DNA from: an uncultured delta proteobacterium
Lineage (GTDB): Bacteria; Myxococcota; Kuafuiibacteriia; Kuafuiibacteriales; Kuafuiibacteriaceae
NCBI GenBank assembly: GCA_963803435.1
Contig: CAWDML010000003.1
Span: 672,001-736,000, forward strand
Length of the DNA stretch: 64,000 nt
Direction of reading: 5' to 3'
Shown: piece by piece, positions 1-11,214 of the stretch
Position numbering within the stretch: position 1 is the first letter of the stretch
How the letters are laid out: each line of letters starts with the position of its first letter
Translations under genes and position numbers: made by a program
The notes under the pieces: model-generated
Told to the model about the DNA's origin: nothing
The model's input: the letters and a program-made list of their open reading frames with translations, nothing else
The model's database searches: none

Positions 1-997
1 CGCCGTGCACACGCGCCGCGGCTACGAGGAGCCGCTCCACATCGGACTGGGCGTGTCGTTCCGGTTCAACCCGCTGACAGACGCGTTTCTGGTGGTCCCG
101 GCGGCGATGCAGACGATCATCATCCAAGCGAACTCGATCTGCAGCGAGCGCCAAGGGATCGTGGTGCAAGGCTACGTCCAGTGGATCATCGACGACTTCG
201 CGACGGCCTTCAAGAAGCTCGATCTCACCGATCCCGACGAGCCGATGCGCGTCGTCAACGTACAGCTCCGCGAGCAAGCGGAGGCGGCGATCAAGGACAA
301 GGTAGCGACCATGAGCATCGACGAGGTGCTCGCGGACAAGCAGCCGATCATCCAGGAGCTGACGGCGCGGCTGCGCCACGTCGCCGAGGGTGAAGGCAAC
401 GGCGAGGGGCTCGGCCTGAGGATCGTGACCGTGCAGATCAAGGAGGCGATCGTCTCCTCTCCGCGGGTCTGGGAGTCGCTGCAGCGTCCCTTCCGCGCCG
501 AGCGCGCCAAGGAGGCCAGGCTGGCCGAGCTGGCCGCGGAGGCGATCGTACGCGAACGTGAGATCGAGACGGCCTCGGCACGCGCTGCGCTGGAGGCGAA
601 GGCCGAAGCGGAGCGCTTCGCCCGCGAGCAGGCCGCGCGGATCGAGCGCGCGAGGCTGGAGGCAGAGGCGCTGGAGCAGACGATCGCCCATCAACGCCAG
701 AAGCTGGCGCTCGAGGCGGAGCTCGAGCGGGCGCAGCTCGAGCACGAGCTGGCCCGTGAGCGGTTGCGCCTCGAAGCGGTGCGGCTCGAGGAGGAGCAGG
801 CGATCGCACTCCTGGCGCTGCGCCGCAAGGTGGAGAACGAGCTGTCCCCGCAGGCGCTGGAGATGGCGCTGATCCAATCGTTGCCCGCAGTCGCGAAGGA
901 GCTCCCCAAGCCAGAGCGCTCGATCGTGATCGGGACCGACGGGGTCGGTGCCCTGGCCAGCTCGATCCGCGGCTTGCTCAACACCGTCCGCGAGTGA
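1..997 (+). CDS. SPFH/band-7 (flotillin-like) domain protein, 5'-truncated by window edge
   Basis: SPFH-like core (VQGYVQWII...LREQAEAAIKDKVATMSIDEVLADK...GLRIVTVQIKE) followed by an Ala/Glu-rich coiled coil. Confidence 0.75.
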   Translation, partial: AVHTRRGYEEPLHIGLGVSFRFNPLTDAFLVVPAAMQTIIIQANSICSERQGIVVQGYVQWIIDDFATAFKKLDLTDPDEPMRVVNVQLREQAEAAIKDKVATMSIDEVLADKQPIIQELTARLRHVAEGEGNGEGLGLRIVTVQIKEAIVSSPRVWESLQRPFRAERAKEARLAELAAEAIVREREIETASARAALEAKAEAERFAREQAARIERARLEAEALEQTIAHQRQKLALEAELERAQLEHELARERLRLEAVRLEEEQAIALLALRRKVENELSPQALEMALIQSLPAVAKELPKPERSIVIGTDGVGALASSIRGLLNTVRE

Positions 998-1003
998 CGC
1001 CGC

Positions 1004-1447
1004 TCAGAGGTTGGAGAGGCCCGCGTAGCCCTGGCGCGCGTCCTCGGGGAGAGGGGCGCGCCGGAAGGTCTTCCGATCGACGAAGACGTGGACGATCGCG
1101 CCCACGGCTGCGATCTCCCCGCTCTCCTTGCGGACCCGGTACCCGACCGTCACCTGCGTCTCCTCGAGGCGCCCGCCCACGACCTCGACGTCGATCCGAT
1201 CCCCGAACGCGAGCGGCCGGAGGAAGTCCGCTTCGCAGTGGGTGATCGGCGCGAGCCACGGCGACCGCGCGATGACCTCGGGCAGGTCGATCCCGCGCTG
1301 CTCCAGGTACGCGACATAGGCATCGTGGAAGTAGACCAGGATGCGCGCGAAGAACACGATGCCGGCGGCGTCGATGTCCTGGAACGCAACCCTGCGTCGG
1401 TGGGTGTACGCCGCCTCCCCGGCGGCGAGCAGCGCTTCCTTCATCAC
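1004..1447 (-). CDS. Acyl-CoA thioesterase, 4HBT/hotdog family
   Basis: RVAFQDIDAAGIVFFARILVYFH motif; ADFLRPLAFGD. Confidence 0.85.
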   Translation of the reverse strand: MMKEALLAAGEAAYTHRRRVAFQDIDAAGIVFFARILVYFHDAYVAYLEQRGIDLPEVIARSPWLAPITHCEADFLRPLAFGDRIDVEVVGGRLEETQVTVGYRVRKESGEIAAVGAIVHVFVDRKTFRRAPLPEDARQGYAGLSNL

Positions 1448-1489
1448 GGGTGGACTCTAGCCCGGAGCGACAGTAGATGAGCGGAGAAG

Positions 1490-2521
<1,032 letters not shown>

Positions 2522-2568
2522 CAGTGTGCGCTTTACCAGGACGTGCGCTTTTGACAAAACCGCGTTGA

Positions 2569-4602
2569 GTGCCGCCGATCGCCAAGAAATCGCCGTTCAT
2601 CTCGGCCCTCCACGGCGACGTCCGCACCGACGACTACCACTGGTTGCGCAACCGCGACGATCCCGAGGTGATCGCGCACCTCGAGGCCGAGAACCTCTAC
2701 ACGGAGCGCGCGCTGGCCCACACCACGACGCTCCAGGACACGCTGTATCGGGAGATGCTGTCGCGGATCAAAGAGGACGACAGCACGGTCCCGTACCGAC
2801 GAGGGGCGTACTGGTACTACTCGCGGACCGAGAAGGGGCGCGCCTACCGCATCTACTGCCGGCGGCTGGGAGCACCGGATGCGCCCGAGGAGATCATCCT
2901 CGACGTCAACGCGCTCGCCGTGGGCCGCGAGTACCTCTCGCTCGGCGTGTTCGAGGTCAGCCCCAGCCACGAGTGGCTCGCGTTCTCGGTGGATCACGAC
3001 GGCGACGAGCAATTCATCTTGCACTTCAAGGACCTCCGGACGGGCGAGGTGCTCACCGATACCGTGCCAGGCACCTCCTACAGCCTGGTCTGGGCCGATG
3101 ACGATCGGACGGTGTTCTACAACGTGCTCGACGAGGCCAACCGACCGTACCGCCTGTATCGCCATGTCGTCGGCACCGATCCTCGCCACGACGCGCTCAT
3201 CTATGAGGAGAAGGACGATCGCTTCTTCCTCTGGGTGTATCGCACCCGCAGCGATCGCTTCATCCTGATGGATCTCGAGAGCGCCGTGACCTCCGAGGTC
3301 TGGTTCCTCCCGGCCGGCGATCCCGAGGGCGAGCTCCGGCTGGTGGAGGCGCGGCGGCAGGGGGTCGAGTACGACGTGGAGCACCACGACGATCGCTTCT
3401 TCGTCCGCAGCAACGAGGACGCCATCAACTTCGCGCTGTACGAGACGCCGGTGGCGAGCCCCTCGAGGGAGAGCTGGCGCGAGCTCGTTCCGCACCGCGA
3501 GGACGTGATGCTCGCCGATGTCCTGGCGTTCGCCGGCCACCTGGTGCTGCTGGAACGGCAGGACGGCCTGCCGCAGATCCGAGTGCGCCCCCTCGACGGT
3601 GGCGAGGAGCACATGATCGCGTTCGCGGACGCGGCCTACGACTGTTGGGCCGGGATCAACGAGGAGTTCGACACCACCAGCTTCCGCTTCGGGTACTCCT
3701 CGCTGGTGATGCCGGCGTCGATCTTCGACTACGACCTGGTCACTCGCACCCGCGAGCTCAGGAAGCGCGAGCTCGTGCGCGGGTACGACTCGAGCCGGTA
3801 CGCCAGCGAGCGGATCTTCGCCATCGCCGACGACGGCACGCGGATCCCCATCTCGCTGGTCCATCGTGTCGATACGCCGCGCGACGGGAGCGCGCCGCTG
3901 TTCCTTCACGCCTACGGCGCGTACGGCTTCGTTCACGCGCCCTCCTTCGCGCCCAACTGGGTGTCGCTCCTCGATCGGGGCCTGGTGGTGGGGATCGCGC
4001 ACGTGCGAGGTGGCGGTGAGATGGGCCGCCCCTGGAAGGAGGCCGGGATGCTCGGCCGGAAGCTGAACAGCATCACCGACGCCATCCGCTGCGTCGAGGC
4101 CCTGATCGAACGAGGGTACACGTCGCCCGATCGGGTGGGGATGATCGGGCATAGCGCCGGCGGCATCGTGGTGGGCGGCGCGATCAACATGCGGCCCGAT
4201 TTGCTGCACGCGGTGATCGCGGACGTGCCGTTCGTCGACGTGGTCAACACGATGCTCGACGAGACCCTCCCGCTCACGGCGGTCGAGTGGGAGGAGTGGG
4301 GCAATCCGAGGATCGAGCAGGACTACCGCACGATCCTGGCGTACTCGCCGTACGACAACGTGAAGGCGCAACGCTATCCGCACCTGCTCGTGCTGGCAGG
4401 GCTCAACGATCCGCGGGTCGGCTACTGGGAGCCGGCCAAGTGGGTGGCCAAGCTTCGCGACCTCAAGACGGACGACAACCTCCTCGTGCTGAAGACCAAC
4501 ATGGACGCCGGTCATGCCGGCGCGACCAATCGTTACCTCCGCCTCCGCGAGCGCGCGTTCGAGTACGGCTTCCTGCTCGATCGCTTCGGGATCACCGAAT
4601 GA
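2569..4602 (+). CDS. ptrB: Oligopeptidase B (S9A serine peptidase)
   Basis: DDYHWLR N-terminus, HVRGGGEMG, catalytic GHSAGG, EWEEWGNP, DPRVGYWEPAKWVAKLR, AGH. Confidence 0.93.
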   Translation: MPPIAKKSPFISALHGDVRTDDYHWLRNRDDPEVIAHLEAENLYTERALAHTTTLQDTLYREMLSRIKEDDSTVPYRRGAYWYYSRTEKGRAYRIYCRRLGAPDAPEEIILDVNALAVGREYLSLGVFEVSPSHEWLAFSVDHDGDEQFILHFKDLRTGEVLTDTVPGTSYSLVWADDDRTVFYNVLDEANRPYRLYRHVVGTDPRHDALIYEEKDDRFFLWVYRTRSDRFILMDLESAVTSEVWFLPAGDPEGELRLVEARRQGVEYDVEHHDDRFFVRSNEDAINFALYETPVASPSRESWRELVPHREDVMLADVLAFAGHLVLLERQDGLPQIRVRPLDGGEEHMIAFADAAYDCWAGINEEFDTTSFRFGYSSLVMPASIFDYDLVTRTRELRKRELVRGYDSSRYASERIFAIADDGTRIPISLVHRVDTPRDGSAPLFLHAYGAYGFVHAPSFAPNWVSLLDRGLVVGIAHVRGGGEMGRPWKEAGMLGRKLNSITDAIRCVEALIERGYTSPDRVGMIGHSAGGIVVGGAINMRPDLLHAVIADVPFVDVVNTMLDETLPLTAVEWEEWGNPRIEQDYRTILAYSPYDNVKAQRYPHLLVLAGLNDPRVGYWEPAKWVAKLRDLKTDDNLLVLKTNMDAGHAGATNRYLRLRERAFEYGFLLDRFGITE

Positions 4603-5399
4603 CCGAGCTCAACGATCCGGCGTCGATCCGCCGATACATCGAGGCGAACGCGTCGCGCCTGGATCCGGGATCGCGCTACGTTCAGGAGCTGCTCGAGCTC
4701 GCCCGCACGAATCCGGATCCCGTCCAGCTGGAGCGTCGTCTCGAGGCGGGTTGCCGCGGCCAGCGCCACTCGGGACGCGAGGTCTTCGCGCGCATGACCC
4801 TGGCGGAGAAGCTGCTCGCCAACCTGATCACGCCCGAGACGACGCTGTTTCGCTTCAACGAGGGCGAGATGGAGGCGATCGACCGCCACCTCCTCCCCCA
4901 CCTGGCCGGCCGGCAGGCGAGGATCCTGATCGTTCCGTGCTCGCACGGCGAGGAGGCCTTCACGATCGCCGCCTACTTTCTCAAGGTCGGGCTCGATTTC
5001 CGGATCGACGCGTTCGACGTTCAGCCGGCGCTGGTCGAGGAGGCGCGCTCGGGCCGGCTCACGTTCGGCTACCCGGCCGAGTTTCTCTCCGCGCCCGGAT
5101 ACGTCTCCACCACCGTGCTCGATCGGATCACTTTCGCGGTCGGTGACGCCTTCGCGCTCCCGCTGGCGGACCAGCGCTTCGACCTCGTGCTCTGCCGGAA
5201 CTTCGTCGGGTACTTCGTCGAGGCCACCGCGGTGGCGCTCGTCGAGAAGCTGCGCCTCTTGACCGCCGCCGACGGCGTGCTGTTCCTCGACGGCTTTTGC
5301 GTGGCGAAGCTTCCGGCGATCGAGCGACACCTCGAGTCCAAGGGCGCCCGGAAGCTGTTCGGACGGCCGGCGTACGTTCAGCCGGACCCGGGCGCTTGA
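4599..5399 (+). CDS. CheR-type SAM-dependent methyltransferase (orphan)
   Basis: ATG at 4599 overlaps the ptrB stop (ATGA); LITPETTLFR, PCSHGEEAFTIA and FDLVLCRNFVGYF resemble CheR motifs. Confidence 0.75.
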   Translation: MTELNDPASIRRYIEANASRLDPGSRYVQELLELARTNPDPVQLERRLEAGCRGQRHSGREVFARMTLAEKLLANLITPETTLFRFNEGEMEAIDRHLLPHLAGRQARILIVPCSHGEEAFTIAAYFLKVGLDFRIDAFDVQPALVEEARSGRLTFGYPAEFLSAPGYVSTTVLDRITFAVGDAFALPLADQRFDLVLCRNFVGYFVEATAVALVEKLRLLTAADGVLFLDGFCVAKLPAIERHLESKGARKLFGRPAYVQPDPGA

Positions 5400-5437
5400 G
5401 CCTTGTCCAGGCGGGCCGCCTGATGGATCTTGAGCGC

Positions 5438-5704
5438 GTGTGTCGCAACATCCGTACGCTGTTCAACTTCGAGCCGCCTGCGACCGACGAAGAGGTCCGC
5501 GCCGCGGCGTTGCAGTACGTACGAAAGGTGAGCGGGACGACGAAGCCCAGCCGCAAGAATCAGGCGGCCTTCGACAGCGCCGTCGATGCGATCGCCGCGA
5601 TCACCGGCGTGTTGATCGGTTCGCTCGAGACCGAGGCGCCTCCCAAGGACCGCGACGAGGAGAAGATGAAAGCGAAGGCCCGGGCCGCTCAGCGCTACGG
5701 TTGA
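5438..5704 (+). CDS. DUF2277 family protein
   Basis: (M)CRNIRTLFNFEPPATDEEVRAAALQYVRKVSG signature; GTG start at 5438. Confidence 0.88.
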   Translation: MCRNIRTLFNFEPPATDEEVRAAALQYVRKVSGTTKPSRKNQAAFDSAVDAIAAITGVLIGSLETEAPPKDRDEEKMKAKARAAQRYG

Positions 5705-6372
5705 CCGATCCCCAGGTCGATCTCCTCCGGCTCGTCCTCGAACCATGTGCCGTTGAACCGGAGCGCGGTCCGCGCGGGGAGCCCGCGCCGATGCTTGGCG
5801 AGCGCGAGCTCCAGCGTGCTCCAGCCAGCGGTGATGCGCGGCCGGCCGGGTGCGAGCACGATCAGCGCGTCCAGCTCGGCCGCCGTCCTCGTTGCGACCC
5901 CCAGCCAGGTGGCGAGCTCGGAGGGCGCACCGCGGAGGACGTGGGGAGGGATGAAGCCGTTGACCGACTCGGGGTTCGCGGGCGCCAGCACCAGCAGCAC
6001 GGCAGTCTCGAAGCGCAGCGCCATCCGTCGGGCGTGGTCGAGATCGGGCATGGCCTGGTCGACGACGTGGAGGTGCCCGGGTGGATCGTCCGCGAGCGTC
6101 AACCGCGGAGGGAGCGGTGGCGGCGACGCGTGGTGATCGATCCAGCGGGTGTGGGTCCGCAGACCCTCGAGGCGCGCCGACAGCTCGCGCGAGCTCAGGT
6201 GGGGCGCCCAAAGCGAGACGGGCCGATCCTGCTCCAGGCCGCCAGCGGCGATCTGCAAGGCGAGTTGCGTCTTTCCGCACGCGATGGGGCCGGTGAGGCC
6301 GTAGACGCCCGGGAGGAGATCGCCCTCCAGCGCCTCTCTCAGCGCGCGCCAGGGCAACGGGAATCGCTCCAC
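5695..6372 (-). CDS. Small DnaB/RecA-like P-loop protein
   Basis: Walker A GPIACGKTQLALQIA; C-terminal LELALAKHRRG..LRF resembles the DnaB C-terminal motif; only 225 aa. Confidence 0.55.
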   Translation of the reverse strand: MERFPLPWRALREALEGDLLPGVYGLTGPIACGKTQLALQIAAGGLEQDRPVSLWAPHLSSRELSARLEGLRTHTRWIDHHASPPPLPPRLTLADDPPGHLHVVDQAMPDLDHARRMALRFETAVLLVLAPANPESVNGFIPPHVLRGAPSELATWLGVATRTAAELDALIVLAPGRPRITAGWSTLELALAKHRRGLPARTALRFNGTWFEDEPEEIDLGIGQP

Positions 6373-6403
6373 GCGCCGATCGTGGAGAGGGCCGGAGGGC
6401 GAG

Positions 6404-7138
6404 TCAACTGAGCAGGGCGTCGAGGAGCCGGCGTTGATCGAGGAACGGCGTGCGATCGGGTGGTCCGTCAGCGTGCAGGAGCTGGACGTCGCCCGCGTCG
6501 GCGCCGAGGCGAAGGATCGTCGAGGAGCGCGTGCCGTAGCGATGCTCGTGGACCAGCACGTTGACGCCGTCGAAGCCGTTGTCGGCGCGAGTGGCGAGGA
6601 GCTCGATGAGCGCGCGGTCGTCCGGGGCCGAAGCGGGCGCTCCCAGGCGGTCGCGGATCAGAGCCTCACGCGTGGTGGGTGCGGCGTCGAAGCTGCGCTC
6701 GGTGACGATGGTGAGGCCGGGAGCGAGTGATACGCGGTGGAGGACCACGCCGTCGCTCCAGAGCACCACGGCGTGCCGGCGGTCGGCGACGAAGAGGTGA
6801 AATCCGGCGAACGGGCGGACGTCGAGCTGGGAGAAGGCGTCGTCGATCTCGGCGGCGCTTCCGGCGGCGAGCGCGTCCAAGACCAGGAGGCCCCGCGAGC
6901 GCTGCGCGTCGGGCTTGAAGGCAAGATGGCGATTCGTGATCCCGACGAACGTCTCGACGTCATTGAGGCCGAGCCAAGTGCCGCCGGCAGACAGATCGGT
7001 GGGCGCGATCATCCGCCGTCCGTGCGCCTCCCGCAGCGAGGGCGCGGCGGACGGCCGATCGAGCCGCTCGTCCCGGTTGGCGGCGACGACCAGGGGAGCG
7101 CGCTCGAACATTCGCCACATGCCGATCAGCGTGCACAT
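6404..7138 (-). CDS. NRDE/TANGO2 family protein
   Basis: MCTL N-terminus, LVVAANRDE, GGTWLGLN, SRGLLV, YGTRSST; start overlaps the upstream stop. Confidence 0.92.
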   Translation of the reverse strand: MCTLIGMWRMFERAPLVVAANRDERLDRPSAAPSLREAHGRRMIAPTDLSAGGTWLGLNDVETFVGITNRHLAFKPDAQRSRGLLVLDALAAGSAAEIDDAFSQLDVRPFAGFHLFVADRRHAVVLWSDGVVLHRVSLAPGLTIVTERSFDAAPTTREALIRDRLGAPASAPDDRALIELLATRADNGFDGVNVLVHEHRYGTRSSTILRLGADAGDVQLLHADGPPDRTPFLDQRRLLDALLS

Positions 7139-8241
7139 CAGGGACTCTCCTCGCGGAAGCGTTCCAGGAGCCCGTCCAGATAGTGGATCACGGCTCGCAT
7201 CCACACGCCCTCGTGGTCCTGGACCTCGCTGTTGGGCGAGCTCATCACCACGAAGCGGGGATCCTTGCGCGACGGGCCCCAGCAGATCGGTGACATGTAC
7301 GTGAACACGGCCACGGTCGGGACGTTCATCATGAATGCGAAGTGCATGGGCCCGGTGTCGTTCGTGACGACGGCATCGGCGGAGCGGATCAGCGCCAAGA
7401 GGATCTCGAGGTTCTTTTGAGTATAGTGCGAGGCGCCGTCGCCGATCTGCTTCGCGACCGAACGACAGAGCTTCGCCTCCGACGGTGCGCCGACGACCAC
7501 GACCGATCCGCGGCGATTCTCGACCACGTGGCGGCCCACGCCGATGAAGCGCTCCTCTCCCCAGCGCTTCTCCTCCGTCACGGCGCCGGGGACCAGGAGC
7601 ACGCGAGGGCGGCCGCTCCAGCGTTGCTCGGCGTCCTTCCGTGCCGTCGCCGAGATCGCAAAGTCGACCTCATAGTTGGGCTCGCGAACGCCCAGCGCGC
7701 GCAGCGGGAGGATCAGATACTTCGACCAGTGCCGCTCGCCCTGGACGCGCGAGTCCACCGTTCCCCAGGTGAGGCCGGTGTCCCGCTCCTGCGGATGGAC
7801 GAAGCCCAGGCGGGTCTCTGCGGCGACGAACCGGCGGCAGTCGACCTCGTCGCGAAGGGTGAGATCGACGGCGATCGGGTACTTGGCGAGCTTGGCAGCC
7901 AGCTGGTCGCTCTGCGCCTTCACCGGCTTGGAGCGCCAGCCGGGATCGTTTCGCGGCAGGACCAGCTCGTCGGGATAGATGATCAACCGGGTGGGGAGAT
8001 CGACGTACTTCCAGATCCGCGATGCGTTCTTGCGCAGCACCACGCCGACGGACTTGGCGCCGGCGTCGAGCAGCGCCCGCACCGCAGGCGCCAGGAGCAC
8101 GGCGTCGCCCAGAGCCGGAAACAGATAGAAGAGGACCACCGACCGGCCTTCGATCGCGATCGGCGGGCCGGGATCACCGTCCGGATCGAAGCGCTGGAAG
8201 CCGCTGCGCACTCGCCGGATGGACTCGATCAGACCCTTCAC
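7138..8241 (-). CDS. Glycosyltransferase family 9 (heptosyltransferase-like)
   Basis: LGDAVL, KRW, VTNDTGPMHFA..VPTVAVF motifs. Confidence 0.88.
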   Translation of the reverse strand: MKGLIESIRRVRSGFQRFDPDGDPGPPIAIEGRSVVLFYLFPALGDAVLLAPAVRALLDAGAKSVGVVLRKNASRIWKYVDLPTRLIIYPDELVLPRNDPGWRSKPVKAQSDQLAAKLAKYPIAVDLTLRDEVDCRRFVAAETRLGFVHPQERDTGLTWGTVDSRVQGERHWSKYLILPLRALGVREPNYEVDFAISATARKDAEQRWSGRPRVLLVPGAVTEEKRWGEERFIGVGRHVVENRRGSVVVVGAPSEAKLCRSVAKQIGDGASHYTQKNLEILLALIRSADAVVTNDTGPMHFAFMMNVPTVAVFTYMSPICWGPSRKDPRFVVMSSPNSEVQDHEGVWMRAVIHYLDGLLERFREESP

Positions 8242-8275
8242 AGCAACTCGATATCACATCTGGTAGCATCGAAGC

Positions 8276-8707
8276 ATGCGTCCCGCGGCGCTCTCCCTGC
8301 TGCTGGCCGCCTGTGCCTCGCAGATCCCGGTCGAGCAACAGGCGGCGTATTTCCGCTGTCCCGGGATCATCGTCGACGGCGCCTCCGAGAATCTTCAGCG
8401 TGCCGGCTACATCACCGCCTGGCGCGAAGGCGACCTCGGGGTCGAGACCCGGTGGACGAGCTTCACCATCGACCGGCGCGGCGATCGCCGAACCTTCTTC
8501 CTCCGCTACGTCGTCGAGGCGGCGAACGACGGCGTGACGTTTCAGCTGTTCGAGCGCTCCGACGACGCCCGCGGAGAGGCCCCATGGTCCAAGATCACGA
8601 ACGCCCAGGTCGAGGAGCCGGCGACGCGACGCCTGCTGGAGAAGCTGCGCGGTGACGTCTGTGGCACCGACGGGCTGTTCTTTGCCGCCACCTCAACCGC
8701 GGGGTAG
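8276..8707 (+). CDS. Hypothetical lipoprotein
   Basis: Signal peptide with LLAAC lipobox; host-like codon usage. Confidence 0.65.
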   Translation: MRPAALSLLLAACASQIPVEQQAAYFRCPGIIVDGASENLQRAGYITAWREGDLGVETRWTSFTIDRRGDRRTFFLRYVVEAANDGVTFQLFERSDDARGEAPWSKITNAQVEEPATRRLLEKLRGDVCGTDGLFFAATSTAG

Positions 8708-9406
8708 CTCCCAGCGCTTGCGCAGTCGTCGCGCCGCCTGCCGGGAGACCGGGACCTCGCCGCCGCCGTCGACGTGCGCCGTGTAGCCTCCCGCCTCGTT
8801 GGGCTCGAGCCGGAGGACGCGCTCGAGGTTGAGGAGGGCCCGGCGGTGGACCCGCTCGAACGACGCGCCCAGGCGTTGCTGGAGATCGGCGATCCTGAAG
8901 TCGGTCACGAACGCGCCGCGGTCGGTGTGGAGCGCAACCGTCTCGCCCTCGATCAGCGCGAACAGGACCTCCCGGGGCTCGACGAGCACCAGACCCCTGC
9001 GGGTCGAAACGCCGATCCGTGGCGCGCCTCTCGAAGGAGGCCTGCGCCGCTCGCGGACGCGCGCGAGCGCCCTGCTCAGGCGCGCCGGTTCGACGGGCTT
9101 GAGCAGGTAGTCGATCGCGCCGCCGTCGAACGCCTCGACCGCATAGCGATCGTGTGCGGTCACGAAGACCACCGACGGCCCGCCGTCGTCGATCAGCGCG
9201 AGCGCCTCGACACCGGAGAGCGCCCGCATCTGGACGTCGAGCAGGACCAGATCCACGCCGCCCTGCTCGACTCGTCGCGGCAGCTCCACGCCGTCCTGGA
9301 GCTCGCCAATCACCTCGACGTCCGGGACGGCCTCGAGCAGACGACGGAGCCGCTTGCGGGCCTGGAGCTCATCGTCGACGATCAGGATCTTGAGCTCCTC
9401 GCTCAT
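8693..9406 (-). CDS. LytTR-family response regulator
   Basis: REC domain (IVDDE, LLDVQM, FVTAH, DYLLKP) plus LytTR domain (FERVHRRALLNL, VPVSR). Confidence 0.93.
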   Translation of the reverse strand: MSEELKILIVDDELQARKRLRRLLEAVPDVEVIGELQDGVELPRRVEQGGVDLVLLDVQMRALSGVEALALIDDGGPSVVFVTAHDRYAVEAFDGGAIDYLLKPVEPARLSRALARVRERRRPPSRGAPRIGVSTRRGLVLVEPREVLFALIEGETVALHTDRGAFVTDFRIADLQQRLGASFERVHRRALLNLERVLRLEPNEAGGYTAHVDGGGEVPVSRQAARRLRKRWELPRG

Positions 9407-10410
9407 CCGCTCACTCCCGTCAGCGGCAATCGCAGCGCGACCCGGGTGCGCTCGCCCTCCCGTCTGATCTCGAGCCGGGCGCGGGCTCCGTAGGCGAGGG
9501 CGAGCCGCTTCTTCTGCGTCGTCAATCCGTGGCCCTCGGGTCGTTCACCCGCGAATGGTCCCGGGTTGGTCAGCTCGATCGCCAGCTGATCGCCCACGAC
9601 CGCCGCGGTGAGCTCCACCCGTCCCCGGTGGCCTGCGCCTGGGCCGTGCTTCATCGCGTTCTCGGCCAGCGGGAGAAGGAGCATGGGAGGGATGTCCACG
9701 CTCGGAAGATCGCGCGGGATCGAGAGAGAGGTCTCGAAGCGATCGGGATCGCGGATCCGGTGGAGCGCGAACAGAGCTTCGACCAACTCGAGGTCGCGGA
9801 GCAGCGGCCACGAGGCCCGCTCGACGCCGGCGAGGATCTCACGAAGGATCGACGACAGCTGCAGGATCGCGCGCTCGGCGACCTCCGGATCCTCACGGCA
9901 CCATTCCGCGATGGCGTTGAGGGTATTGAAGAGGAAGTGCGGATCGAGGTGGTTCTTCAGCGAGACGAGCTGCGCGTCCTCGGCGCGGCGGCGCTCCAGG
10001 CGCCATCGCTCCTCCAGCTCGATGTCGCGCGCCAGGCCGAAGCCGCCCACCCAGAACAGGCAGCTCACGACCAGGTTGTTGACGCCGTTGGCGAGGAAGG
10101 TGGTGCCGATCCCGAGCCGATGCGGGATGACGTACGCGATCAGCGGGCTGACCCCGCCGAGCGCCACGTAGGTGAGGAGGCGCAGCGCACTGGGCGTTGC
10201 GCCGGCGGGGAAGAGACGGCGAAACGCATACGGCGCGACCAGCAGGAAGAACGCGATCACCGCGAGCGCCACGGATACCGATTCGATCGCCGGCTGATCG
10301 CTGAAGCGATGCTGGGCGACGATCATCGGTAGGGCGATCACGGCGATGGGGACGAGACGGCGGGGCGCGAGCAGCGCGTCGATGGTGTGAACGAAGAGAC
10401 CAGCATGCGG
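9403..10410 (-). CDS. LytS/YehU-type sensor histidine kinase (start uncertain, about 10330-10410)
   Basis: N-terminal TM helices, LKNHLDPHFLFNTLNAIA H-box, LLPLAENAMKHG N-box, GHGL; no clear in-frame start at the expected position. Confidence 0.88.
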   Translation of the reverse strand, partial: PHAGLFVHTIDALLAPRRLVPIAVIALPMIVAQHRFSDQPAIESVSVALAVIAFFLLVAPYAFRRLFPAGATPSALRLLTYVALGGVSPLIAYVIPHRLGIGTTFLANGVNNLVVSCLFWVGGFGLARDIELEERWRLERRRAEDAQLVSLKNHLDPHFLFNTLNAIAEWCREDPEVAERAILQLSSILREILAGVERASWPLLRDLELVEALFALHRIRDPDRFETSLSIPRDLPSVDIPPMLLLPLAENAMKHGPGAGHRGRVELTAAVVGDQLAIELTNPGPFAGERPEGHGLTTQKKRLALAYGARARLEIRREGERTRVALRLPLTGVSG

Positions 10411-11213
10411 TCGAGGCCCCGATCCGGGATCGAGCCGATCAACGAGCGAAGCCGGGCGAGGCAGGGGAGGCGGCACGGGATCGACTCCTCCTCGTCGTCC
10501 GGCTCGTGGGTGCGCACGATCGGCGGACGCCGGGGTGTGAGCTGCTGGAGCCGGCGGGCCAGATCGTTGAGCGAGATTGGACACGTGCCTCCCACGTTGA
10601 CGGCGCGCCCGTGGGCGGCCGTCGTCCCCATCAAACGCACGAGGATACGGGCTGCATCCTCTACGAACAGGAAGGCGCGCTCCTGGCCGCCGGTCCCAAA
10701 GACGCGCAGCGGGCGGTTCTTTTGGGCGGCCGCGAGCAGGCGGCCGAACGGCCGGTGTCGGGGTGCGCACGGACCGGCCAGATCGAACAGACGCGCGATC
10801 ACCACGCGGATGCCCCGGTCGAGGGCGGCCCGCTCCACGAACAGCTTGGTGAGGACGAACGGCGAAGCGGTCGGCGGGAGCACCAGGGGATCGGTCTCAC
10901 GAGCGACGCCGCAGACGGTCCGACCGTAGACCTCGGCGGCCGAGGCGATCAGGAGCGGACGGTCGAGGGCCGCACACGCATCGAGGAGCGGCTCCGTGAA
11001 CGCGAGGTCAGCGAACGCGCGCGAGGCCGGGGCGCGCGGGTCGGAGGTGCCCGCCAGGTGAATGACCCGGTCCGCCGCCCGGATGCGCCCGAACAGCCGA
11101 TCGGGATCGAGCTCCGGCCCGGCGGTGAGGATCCTGTCGCCGTCGGCGATCAACGCCCGCACGAGATGAGCGCCGAGGAATCCGGTCGCGCCGGTGACCA
11201 GCGTTCTCATCAC
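10338..11213 (-). CDS. NAD-dependent epimerase/dehydratase (divergent)
   Basis: LVTGATGFLG Rossmann motif, VIHLA, GTGGQERAFLFVED; catalytic YxxxK appears as FVLTK. Confidence 0.78.
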   Translation of the reverse strand: MMRTLVTGATGFLGAHLVRALIADGDRILTAGPELDPDRLFGRIRAADRVIHLAGTSDPRAPASRAFADLAFTEPLLDACAALDRPLLIASAAEVYGRTVCGVARETDPLVLPPTASPFVLTKLFVERAALDRGIRVVIARLFDLAGPCAPRHRPFGRLLAAAQKNRPLRVFGTGGQERAFLFVEDAARILVRLMGTTAAHGRAVNVGGTCPISLNDLARRLQQLTPRRPPIVRTHEPDDEEESIPCRLPCLARLRSLIGSIPDRGLDRMLVSSFTPSTRCSRPAVSSPSP

Positions 11214-11214
11214 C

